Source: Pocillopora damicornis (lineage: Eukaryota). Taken from it: DNA of 64,000 nt. Where the stretch lies: positions 372,001 to 436,000 of the forward strand of contig NW_020847750.1 in NCBI RefSeq assembly GCF_003704095.1. The letters run 5' to 3'. The stretch's first letter is position 1. Each line of letters begins with the position of its first letter. A program made the translations under genes and the position numbers. Shown here piece by piece: positions 36,684 to 49,104 of the stretch. The notes under the pieces are model-generated. The model ran no database searches, was not told the origin of the DNA, and saw only the letters and a list, made by a program, of their open reading frames with translations.

Positions 36684-37734
36684 TCTGTGTTTATTCGCAC
36701 GCGAATGTATTGTATCAGTATCTTTTTTAGGTAGGGGAAGGCAACCTGGTGTTTTCATCGGGGTGGGAGGGAGAGTCAGAAAATTACCAGGATCATAAGG
36801 AAGGCTGTTAGAAAAGTGACGAGTTACAAGAATAAGAGTTTAGGGTTCTACTTCCAACTAACGGAATACCGCATCACACAAGAATTCTTTATTTATGTGT
36901 CTACCCCAAATACTTTAGCTGAAAACAGCGTTCGCTCACGGAAAGCAAGAACACATTAAACCCCAAAGGCGAATTGGTGAAAATAATTCAAATCATTAAA
37001 TAATGAATTTCGTGACTGATAACCAAAGTTCTAGCCGCTCACGGTGCCATGGCAGCATGATTCCATAAAATCAATATGCTCATTTACCTCCATGCGAAGC
37101 CCAGAAGCCTCATCTTGTTCCATTATGATTCCTTGGCCGAAAAACGTTCCTCCCTTGAACAAAAAGAGCTTTTAGAGATAGAAGAGTACATAACCCTCGA
37201 ACCTAGCTAAGTTTCTGTACCTGTACATATTTACAGTAGCATAAATAATTAATTGTATTTATTAATTCTGAAAAGATAGTGTAAATTCTAGGCTAGGAAA
37301 TATTTTGTATAATAGTGATAGTAGGCTCAAAAAGCACAACAGAGAATGCAAAATAAATGACACTTCCCCACAATCAAGTTCCTAATGCAATCTTTGGCGC
37401 TGTCTAACGAATTAGATAGATTTCAGTTAGGAAGGAAAGCCAAGCGCTGAGCAAAAGAGAAATCAGACTGAAGATGGTTCCACCCTGGGTATTCAGATGG
37501 GGTAAATAACTATTACCAAATACAACATTTCCATTACTAAGTCAAAACGGACAAATCTCGTCCTTAAACCTTTCAATTTACACCCGTCAACGTTGTTCCC
37601 GGACGGATCATGGTACGTGTATAGATGGAGTTGCGTGAAGGCAATTCGAAACTCGCGTTGGAAATAATTGCATAACTTGTGTTGGGTTAGTTTTGCTTTA
37701 TCATCTAGACATCCAAACATCCAATTACTCTTTC

Positions 37735-37823
37735 ACGAGAAGGACTAACGATCGAAATTTCAGCTTTAAAAACTCGTTACGGTGGCCAATTTACATTACC
37801 AACTCAGTTGACAAATCCATCGA

Positions 37824-37860
<37 letters not shown>

Positions 37861-37865
37861 ATTCA
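37735..37865 (+). mobile_element. Degenerate Penelope-like terminal repeat
   Basis: gaaggactaacgatcgaaatttcagc...ttacggtggccaatttacatt...cgacgcagcaccacagtttctttagaaacttaccccctttattca. Confidence 0.72.
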
Positions 37866-40800
37866 GAAGCAGAAAGACGTTTTGCTAGCGACCCGTCTTT
37901 TGGCAAACATAGCTCAAGAATCAACTGATCTGAGCACGACAATCTTACTCGTTATAAAATCAGTCTACAGTTTGTTTACTTGTAGTATTTGGTGGCCATG
38001 GTTTTCATTTACTTTAATCTCATTTAAAAAGGTATTTTTCGGGGGATGTACACCTTTTGAATTGTTTTCTGACTGCGTAGGTGTTGTTTATTTATAGTCT
38101 TACGTCTCCCAGCCAAAATACATTCCTGTCTTACTTTTCAAGTTTAAAACAAAACTTGTTTTAATTATGCTATTTTTTTGGCTATGTATCAGAGAAGTTG
38201 CAAGCCTGGACAAAACATTTTTTTTATCATACACAATAAAGCTGAAATAGGAAAATAAAACATTTATAAGTATTCCATTGCGACATGACTTCGAATCTGA
38301 CGAATGGCGCAACACTGCTTCCATTTTTATTCCAGGTTTATTTTTGTGTCAAGAAGGCTAAGATGAACCCTCTCGTAATTTCCACTTCGTCATGAAATAC
38401 GTCAAACAAGGGAGATAACCGAACGGAATCCAATTATAGGGGACGGAATTACTGTTGATAACCACTTCTGCAAACGAATACAAACAAGAACAGAACTCAA
38501 GTGTTTTTTTTTTGTCGCATTTTCAAAGAACCCAGCATTTTAAGAGGGTTTAAATTCCTGTTCATGCTCGATAGCTTACGTTTGTGCTTATCCAGCAGGA
38601 GATAACACCGGAATTCAACCACAACTTCCCGATGACTGTCTTAGTTGCTAAGGTCACTAGCTAGCACTTGCAACAATATTTAACGCCAAACAGTAGGACA
38701 TCGGACGCGAGATCGAATGAGATACGTGCATAGCAGGTTGCCGGGCAAGTTGCCGAATTGGAAGAGGCGTTTTTAGAGACTAGACCTTCTAGAGCTGTTT
38801 CTTAATTTAGCTCCTAATGCCCGAATTCAAGATGTCAACCTGGATGTTTAAAAGTGGAAGGCAAAGGAACTCTAGTCCGGTAATGTGTTTTTAATACATC
38901 TTGTGAGTCATCGTATGGCTTCTGTGAAAGCTTCTGACTATTGGAGACTCTGAGGAGATTGGAAACTGAAAGTGAGCAATTCAGACCAGTTTCTTTCACC
39001 TTTGACATACAGAGTATAAGTATTGACTTATCATTTCTCAATTTATTCTTACGAGAGAAATTTTCTTCAAGTGATAGAGGAATTACGAGATTTCAACGGG
39101 ATAACGGACGATGAAAGGAAACTCGGTTGAGAAACGGAAAAATATGCTAACCAAAACTAAATACGTTACCAAAATTTCATTTGCATGTAAAAATTCTGTT
39201 CCTTTTAATCTTTATGAGACATGAGAAAATTAAGTGTGGTTATTTTGTGCTCCCAGTCAAAACAGGCGCGGTTCTTGGATGTGTAACATGCGCATGTTTT
39301 CCTAACGATAAATCTCATGTAATCCATTTTATTTAGCCTCGAACACATTCAAAGCAATTTTACATTGGAGAGTTAGGAGTAGATTTAAAAGGCCTTCAGA
39401 ATTCTTTTTGCCGATGTGATTGTTTGTTAACACCTACAGAACTCACAGGCCGACGTTTCTACACGGCAAAAAATATCGAAAAAATCATACGCCATCCTTA
39501 GGGATTTTTATTCCTAACATAGTTAAGACGATAGCATCAATTTTGCCAGGTAAAAAGGAAAAGAAAAAAGAAAAGATGAAATGGCTTGCGAGGCAGTCTC
39601 GATCCTAACAACATTAGTGCTAGCCCACACATTGCAGAGGAGGAAAATTTAAAGTTTCATTTAATACCTTTAAAATCTATTAAGGAAATACGCAAGTCTG
39701 CCTTACGTTTAGGGAAGAGGCGTTCTTTTTTTGATAAGATCGCATGGGAGGAAAAAAAACAAACAAACAAATTGGCATTAGTGCACCCACTTGGCTAAAA
39801 GACGTGTCCAGAATATCTGATAAAGATGAATCGATTTCAAGTTGCGGATCTATGCGAACCGACAAGGAAACCACAACGCCCTTTGATTATCACTTCTATT
39901 CCAAAGATTCTTTGTTGTGTGTTACCGAAATCAGACTAAGCGATAAGATTAACATGACCCTCTACAGTGATAATAGTTTAATGCTTGGCTAAATGCATTA
40001 ACACATTAACAGGAACACAGCATGCCTTTGACTTGAAGAGATGTATTCATGATCGTATAGTTTCCAGTACAATCGGATCTCAAAAATTCTATTCCTCAGT
40101 AAAAAAGCGCGGCCTATTTTGAGGGTTCACATTTGTGAGAATGTCAAAGGTTATTTACTGATTCCTGTTGATCGATGGGAAGAGAGACAAAAAATGTTCT
40201 TTTTCTTGATAAAAGAGTCTGCGTTGGTCTCCAATTCAGTTACCACTTCATGCACCACTGAAAACAGGGCCAACATCGTTAATGTCCTTGCCGAGAGTTT
40301 TGTGTTTGTGGCTTTTACTGTGTAATTGCGAAGCTTATAGTGAGCAAATATACTTGATTAGTTTATTAATGAATAGACCCCACTTGAAGTTTGGCGTATA
40401 CACAAGTATTGAATCGAGTATAGAGTTTACCAACAAACAAACAGCAGTGCATTATGCGAGGGCCGTCCTGAAGTTTCACATATTACACATGTGTATAATA
40501 TTCTTGTTTGTGATGACTAACGAATTTTAAAGGACCCATGAAGAGTGCTCTGATTCTCAAAATAACAATTCATCTCATAAACATAATTCAAATTGACAAA
40601 TATCATAGAGCGAAGAGGAACGAGGTCAAGGTTTACGTCTTTTGAAAATGCAATGGCCAAAATATTATTTGGAATTTTTTTTAATATTATCACTTGCATT
40701 TATCCTTGCCTCTTTATGCTTGTTTAGAATGCTTCTGTTCCCTCTTTCTATCTCAGCCACCTAATATTTCGTGGAGGTAGTTTTGCTTTGTGAAAAAAAA

Positions 40801-43068
40801 AATAAAAGAATGCTGAACTCAAAACGCCAGGTTACTACTTGAAAACAGGCCGGCAACACGTAGCGAACAGACGCCATCCTACTGTGTGTCGTGAGGATAT
40901 GGAAAAATCTGGCTCAAAGCGGCAAAATAACACGGCTAAATGTTTTCAGTAATTGGATCACTTCCTGTCGTTCGTTAATTTTGGTATTCCACAATATTTT
41001 AACTCAGAAATGTATGATTCATCACGGAAACTGAATAAGGGCAGTTGTAAACATTAAGGCACGCGAGATATTTCACAAGTCACGAAAAGTATGTTGTGTG
41101 AAACGATGATATAAACGATGGCGTAAGAGAAGAAAAATGAAGGAAATAAAAATTGAGATGGCTGCTGTCAATCGAATTTCGCTCAGTCATTACCGTTGGC
41201 GGTCAGAGAGGAAAAGTTAAAATCTTTTAACTCGGGAAAATAATTATCATCACACAATAATTAAAATTATTTTGTGATGAGAGTAAACAAGCTCATCACT
41301 AATGCCTTTGTTTATTTAAAGAGCGCGAGCGTTATCTTGGTAAAGCACTAAATTCGTTTTCAATTGATTCCAGAAAAAAGGAAATGACAGCTGAAAGGGA
41401 AGATTTCAAAAGGAGAAAAGCATCAGTAAATAACATTATCTTGATTAAAACCAAAGTATAGTCTAGAAACTGCTGTGTGGCAGCTAATAGGGAGGATTGC
41501 CAAATAGGAAAAAATAATCCGTCTAAGAACTTCGTGTGTTTGTTTACACATAAAATTCTCGTCAACAGTATGTTCGAGAAGGAGACGTGCGGCAGCTAAA
41601 GGGAAAGATTGCAGAAAATGAAAAAAAAAAAAAAAAAAAGACTCAGTTTAAAGCGTCATCTTAATGAAACACCAAGGTCTAGTTACCAAGTAATTCTAGA
41701 AGGAGATGGGTGGCTGCTGAAAGGGAAGATTGCAAAAAAAAAAAGAAATCAACTAAAGAGCTTCGTCTTAAACAACATCAGAGTCACAGTCTGATCAATT
41801 CTTTAAGAAGATATCTGGTGGCAAGAAGGCAAATTTGCAAACATCAACAAAAAAAGGCCAAATTGATAAGACTACTTTTTAATCGGATAGCCTAAAAAGT
41901 TTCCGCATTGCTACATTGTGATTGGCCGTTTGCCATTCCTTCTCGTTCTGAGCCCGTAGATTAAGATTTTTTGCAGCGGAAGTCGAGCGATTTTTCCCAC
42001 GTCATATCTAAGCGCACTGACTGATACCTTGGACTGATGTTCTTACTATAATCATAACTTACAGCATGTGTTTACCACAGTGCAATCTACGTTACTCACA
42101 AACTGATCAACGAATGACAAAATACAAATAGATTGGCGATTACAACATTTTTAATGAGAGAGCAGAAAAACAGCCACATCACCAATTAAGATACTAAAAA
42201 TAAAACTACCAGATATCCATTTAATTTACATAGCAGTCTTTTGAAATCTATGAATTTTGCCTTGGCCTGAGTAAAATGTCATTGACGCAAATCTTGTCGC
42301 TGTAATTCGTCGAAAATTATGTGGTTGACAATTCTCTTACCAGGGGCTGCTTAGCTATTCTATTGAATGTATTGTTCGGACGTTATGAGTTTTCATTCAA
42401 ACGTGAACAATTATTACCGACAAAACATAATTGAAAACTTGTTAATTACCTTATTGTACCTGCAGTCGTCTTTAATTACGCAATTTTGATATGAAATTCT
42501 CGCTGAACTTTACCTAAAAGATATGAGATCCCACTACAGACCATTAAAAGAATTTTTTAAAAGTGGATTCAAGTTATACAATGAGATTTAGGAGTCATAG
42601 ACACGCTGAGATGTAAACTGTTCGCTTGACAAACCTTGGAAGTAGCGCGCATTTCGTCTGCAACTGGTGGACGTAATTAATGTACCATGTCTCAAGGGTA
42701 CCAACACATTAATTGTTTTCGTACCAACTGCCATGTTTCTTTTATTTGAGAGCCCTGTACGTGATGGAGTAAGAAAGATAAGCATGTCACAAATGTTTTT
42801 GGTTTTAAAAAAATCTTAGTCGATGATAAAGATTCATCTAACTTAAAGGCAACTTAATTGGTAAGTTTTGTAGCCAACACGCTTCTTAGCCTCTCACAGA
42901 AATCGGCAGAACTCGACTAATCCGAAATATTTGAGTATTTACGCTTATGGCTTCATTTATTGATGAAAATTGTAATAACTGGGTTAGTTACACTAAATCA
43001 GTGATTACGCCATAAGCGCCTAAGCGAAGTTCGACTAAATCTCATTGAAAAGGCGTATTAGCGCGCGT

Positions 43069-43127
43069 ACTTCCGGCAGCCCGCGTAGGGCAATAATTAC
43101 AAAGGTATCACCACAGGAATGACGTCA
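43069..43127 (+). promoter_or_regulatory. Candidate promoter elements of GTPase paralog 2: ETS site and full CRE
   Basis: acttccgg at 43069-43076 and TGACGTCA at 43120-43127 in a CpG-rich patch 150-200 bp upstream of the ATG exon. Confidence 0.4.
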
Positions 43128-43274
43128 ACAACAACGTAAAACAATAGTTCAAAATAACTGAACAATAACTTCATTTGAGATTTAATATCGAAGCGTTACG
43201 GACCTCCAACATTTTGAGCAATACACAACTGCTTTTGAGAGGAGTTGCACACACTGAAGACACAGAACTCAAAT

Positions 43275-46200
43275 ATGGTATGAAAAACAGTGCGTGTGTA
43301 ATGAGTGGTCTTTGTAGCTTTTTAGACATAGAAGTCTTGAAGTATGACTTTTAAAATCATTTTGAAGTGCAGTTGATTAGCAGTTTAACTTGTAATTATC
43401 ACCTCTAGCTCTTCTTTTATTTCTTTTCATCGGAATGTACGCCTGCTCTGAAAATTCTGACCACATACCTCGAAACATAAGGGCATCAAAATGGCTGTGG
43501 TAAACAAATGGAATATTCCACATAGTAGTCTATTATCATGGAGGCGATTTTAAAACGATTGATGACAGGAGGTCTCAACGGGCATTGCATAAAAATAAGG
43601 TTCTCTAGAGGTTGACTTGATATTTGGTTATCGGTACAGCTAAGAAGGCAAGTAAGAGGTCGAGCTGTTTATTTGGAAACGCAAGTCCTTGAGTGAGATT
43701 CTTCAAATTAGAAGTGAATGATTTGAAGTACATGCGTGAGGTACTGTTTGTTTTTCAGCTTAAAGTTCTCATTTCCGTCTTCTTCCTCCAGGATAGAACC
43801 ATGGATAGCTTGACAATTCCACCGAACTTCCAAAGTACAACAAAGCCTAGAGCAACCACTGGGAACAACAATGGAAACTTAAAAAGTATTCGCTCCGTCG
43901 TACTGGGAAAGGATGGAGTAGGAAAATCAGGTATTTGAAAGCCAAACATGTCAAATCGTTGCATGTTTTCTTTTGTTTTAAGCTGAAAGCTTGAAATCAA
44001 ACAAAGCTTGAAATCAAACAAAGCTTTATCTCACCGCGGGTCGCCGTATAAGGAATGTTTAAACAATTTTCTTTACATTGAAACGTTCTTCTAAGTCACG
44101 AGTTGTTGCTGTGCACATTTCTCGTGATGCCTTTTTACGCGACGTGTGGTTTTGAGATAACAGAGAATGAAGAAAAACATCACAGTAAAATTAATTGACA
44201 CCAATGTAGAATGTCGACAAAGTCATCGCTTCAACGCTTTAGCGTGAAAAACATTCTTTCATGTGTTTGCAACTATGTTTACACACTAGCGACAGGTGAA
44301 AGGTCATTGTAGTTGTTGATATTACAGTCACGTTCCATAGCACAGCTAGTTTCCCCGCTAGAAACATTTGTTTTTAGAATCCATTCTAGGCTATCTTTAT
44401 GAATTATTTCGAAACTGTTGAACGTGTGTTGAAGTTGGTACGTGCGCAAAACAGCCTGTTTTGTCGCTTATTCCGGAATTTTTTGGGTCTTAACACTTAA
44501 AACGTAGAGTTGCATGACCTGCTTCCGTGAAAGAAATTCGCTTTTCCGCCCGGGCGAAAATAAATTTTCCAGAATATAAGGACTTTTCAATCTTTTCGTA
44601 ACCATATCAAATATTTTCATTTCTAACTTCTACTAAACGGAGATTTCAGCTCGGAGAAACATATAAATAAAACTTGAACTCAAGGGACAAGGAGGGACAT
44701 CGATAGAGAACACAAAAACAGATAGCTTATTATGAAATTCATTGTGAAACAAACGCCGAACTTTAAAAAATGCGGCAGACCCTTTCAATGCGAGAAAAAT
44801 TTGATTCTTGAAAGTTTGAATACTCGAGCAAACGAACAGAGTATCAATGGATTGCGTGTCAAAAGGCTGTACGCGCCTTCATAAGTAGAGGAAGACACGA
44901 AGATTTGTGGTGGTTACCATAAAAGGAAATCCACCCCTATAGTAGACAATAACAATAAAAGCAAAGATGAACAATTCCGTATGCCAAGGGCCGAAATTCT
45001 AACAAATCAAGGCTGTTAAATTAGCAAAGCAAGGTTTGCACTAAAGGTTAAATTCAAACTTTGTTGACATATTCCCAGATCTAGAAACTTCGTATCATTT
45101 CTTTTCGTGACTACTGGCCATACATGCTGCAAAGTATGTTTATCAAGATAAATTAACACAGCTATTAAAAACAGATTAAAATTGTACAACCGCACTCGAT
45201 TTTAATTTAGGATAGCGTGAAAGTTTTATCAGCGTGTTTACAGCGTGTTTACATATTGCACGCAAAGTTGATTCCACTTACTCTGTCAGCATTCCTGTGA
45301 ACCACACCCAACACAGAATGGAAAAAGTTAAAAATATAGATGGATTATGCAGGGGTTTCAAAAACGTTCCCAATAAGCGGCCTCTGATGATTTAATAGGC
45401 GGCTGTGCCCGGAAAGGGGTCGTTAGGCAAAACCGAAACAAGAGCCTGCTCCGGCAGGCTAAAAAAAGGGCGGTAAGAGGTCTTACAAGCAGCAGTAGAC
45501 CGCCTGTAACTGGCTTTGAATGAAACGCGAGATTATGGTTTATAAAAGAGCTGTTTTGAAAATGTAGCTTGATGTTAGTAGTAAATAAACTATTTAAAAT
45601 AGCTAAGTAACATAAAGATTGCTTTTTGATTACTAAAGATGATTTTAAGTTGTTGTTGTTATTGTTGTTTTTAGCCTTCACAGTCAGACTTCTCACAAAG
45701 CGATACATTGGAGAATACGACAGCACTTTAGGTAATGAAAAACATTTTCTTCTTGTTCAATTTCATTGGCCAACAGCTTACCACGTGACCTGTACTGTAA
45801 AAGGGTCGGCTACACCAGATCAAGTTTTAGTTTTAAGCCAAAAAAGTGACAGATTATATCTAATTGCTACCATTTCTTTAACTTCAGAAGAAACATACCG
45901 TCATCGCGTTGAAGTGGACGGACAAAAAATCCTTTTAGAAATCTTGGACACTGCGGGACAAGTGAGTAGATCAAGCTGCTTTTTCAAAATTTACAAGAAA
46001 TTTATAGCTTTCACAAAAAAGAGTCCTTCGCAAGTTACTTATCCCTTTCTTAGGTCAAGAAAATTGGCCTTAAGCGTTTTTCGCCTTAGTTATTCCAGTG
46101 ACACAAAACCGAACCTAAGTAATCACAACAACCAATGAGAAGAAGGAAAAATTTCCTCAAGCGCGGGAAACCGCGAATTGTTGATAAGCATCCGATTGAC

Positions 46201-46884
46201 AGGGAAAGTAGTGCCAGTTTCTAGTCCAATCGTGGGCGCTGTAACGTAAAACCAATACAAGCCCATGATACTTTCGTGCCACTGTCTTAAAAATTGCTCT
46301 TCTGGCTTCTCTTTTCTGGAATTGTAATTCAAAAAGAGAGCAGGTCGCTTTTTCCATGATGCTCCTATAGATTTCTACATGACAAAGATATCTACGTGAA
46401 ATTCTTTTCAGTGACAACTAATAAACTGATGTTTTTCATCTCACAGAACTCTGTGGAAAAGATCGATGCATGTTCCTCGGCAGATGTATATTTCGTTCTT
46501 TATTCAACGACAGATCGTTCGTCGTTCAGAGAAGCAGCTCTAATCACCAAGTACCTCCTTGAGACAAGAAACGTCAATCGGGCCGCGATATTTCTAATAG
46601 CTACCAAAAAGGATCTTAAATACGAACAGGATGTGACAGAATACGAAGGAAGATTATTAGCAATGGAGCTCGGATGTGAGTTTTACACCATTTCAAGCTA
46701 CGAAGGGTTTGATGGTACGCAAGATGTTCTACGCGGTTCGCTTCGATTCTCTCTAAATAATAAGGGAAATGGTTCAAAATCTCCACTTATGACGCGGATG
46801 AGAAAAGGACTAAAACACAGGTCGCACACAAGTAGTCCCACTCCACAAGTGATTGAAAACAGGGACAGGACTTCGACTCTTTGA
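43275..46884 (+). CDS. RASL11/RASL12/RERG-like small GTPase, paralog 2 (~236 aa)
   Basis: Exons 43275-43277 (ATG), 43792-43930 (...VVLGKDGVGKS), 45675-45731 (AFTVRLLTKRYIGEYDSTL), 45888-45961 (...DTAGQ) and 46447-46884 (...ATKKD...RDRTSTL*). Same 57- and 74-nt internal exons as the other paralogs. Confidence 0.92.
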
Positions 46885-49104
46885 TTTATCACGTCACCAA
46901 GAACTGCGCTGTGCTAGGTGAAGAAAATAGTTTTACGTGACAACATCTGGGCTAATTCACCTCAAGGGAAAGAAAACGTTTCAGAACAATTTTAAATAAA
47001 ATCTCCCTCGACTCAAATCATTTGTAATGATTGCAAATTTGTGAACACGTGGTAGAGCAAGTTTATACTATGAAATTGTTCAAGTTAGAGTCTTTCCGTT
47101 TATTTAAAACATAGGAGAACTCTTAAGTTTATCAGTAATTGTTGAAACACCAGAAACTCTTGTAAATAGGAATCCAAAAAAGGCTAAAAATATTTTGTCT
47201 ATAGCCCCAACAGTGTACCTTGCCCTCTCCATTGTTCGTCATATTTAAAATCAATATCAAGCTGGACTGATAAATTACGAATAACAAGGTCTGGATACGT
47301 ATGTTTCTATCGAGAGCAGGAGATGGAACAAGAGGTTTTCATTTCCATTGAACATCAATGAAAGGAAATTAAAAGAAACTCCAAATATGTATTTGTATAC
47401 TCTATCAGATATGACAATCGAATACATGCAGTCTCCGTTTACATCAGCGTTTTCGGGAAGGTTTTAGTGTGGATGACAGGCAAACATGCATCGAAAAGTT
47501 GCATTTTTGAACAAAAACGCGAAAGCGTAGATGAGAACTGAAACGGTTGGAAGTGTTGAAAACATGTCAAGAGATTTAAATGTGTTTGTTTATAAATGGA
47601 AAGGTAGGGATAGAAAATGGCCAAAGGAATCGATCTTTTTTTTTTTTTTCATCTCCTGAGACTTTAAGCTTTTTAATCTGGAAACGTTTGGAATTTTGAG
47701 CAAATGTTAATACCTTGTGGGTATTTTCATATTGATTGACCTTGCCCTCCCATCAGACTTTACTCTACGCCATTATTCTGAATTCTCCGAGCACCCCTGT
47801 ATCATGCAACGCTTCACAAGATACAACCAAAAGACTCTTCTTCGTTATAGGTTTAAGAACTGATGCCTTAAATATCAACGAGCAAATCATTTACCTTAAG
47901 TAACTTTAGATGTAAATACTGTGCAACAGATGAGGCGTAGTCCTGCAAAACGTTAAGAATTTTTCCCTCATTCAACGCAAACACATGATGAAAAGACATC
48001 AAGATGTACAAACTAAAGATTGTGGTTTCTGTTGGACAGACTACCAAAGGTCACACGTTTTGTTTAACTCCTCACTTGGAAAACATTACAGAATCATTAA
48101 ATGCTAGATTGTTATCTCAAAGGACCATATTTCGCATCTTTTCACAAATACGACCAGAACATTATACATCATCAGTTCTAGCAACTGCCACACGTAAACT
48201 GATTTATGAAAGAAGGCGAAAAAAAAACACAAAAAAAAAAACAAAACAAGGAAGTAACACTCGTCCAGGTTACTGAGGCTTGGATGCGTCTCAAACAGGA
48301 CTTTGATTCCTACATATTTGAACTATCCCTGTAGTTAATCACATTTAAGCCTCTATCACGTACTAATCCGCTAATTAAAAAGGCAGATTAAGGAAAAATT
48401 AAGCTGGTTAGAAGACAGAATTTTGTCGCTGGGAAACTAAGGAGACTAGGTGATCAATTTATACACGATAGATTTTATTCCTGAAAGATACCATATTTAG
48501 GAAAATACAGTTTCTATAGTAAACTAAAATTGATAGATTAAGTACAGATGAATCTAAAGATTCAGGATGTACTCTCTCTTCCTTGTTTCACGCCCCTCCT
48601 TTAAACCTTAGAGTCTTGATTTGCTTTAACGCTGTTTGCTTTGTAAATAACCCAGGGAGTGCCGAATCTTTGCTTTGACAAGTTTTGATGTTTTCCCATT
48701 AAAATGGTCCGAAGAAAGAAAACTCCGCAGTGACCTTACACCCCTGGTATCGATAACAGTCACTTATAATTTGCCGCCAACAATGGTTACATCAAAAGCG
48801 ACGTAAAGATTTCAGTTTCCGTGCCAGACTGTCTCTTGTGTTATATTTGACCCGTGTCCAACTAACATGCGTTGAATAGGAAGTATAATTCTCCGCAGTC
48901 ATCTCGCAAAGATACGTTCGTCAATAATTTGAACCCTGAGCTAGGCGAGCAAGCAGTTGTAAGCATCATTAGCCTCGAACGGAGTGAACCACGTTTGAGA
49001 AACTGTTGACCAGAGAACTTTTTCTTCTATTTTTCCACAAGGTTTAATACGTTGTTGTGCCGATCAGAGATTTGCCAAGAGTCGGATCATATACACGGAG
49101 AAAA

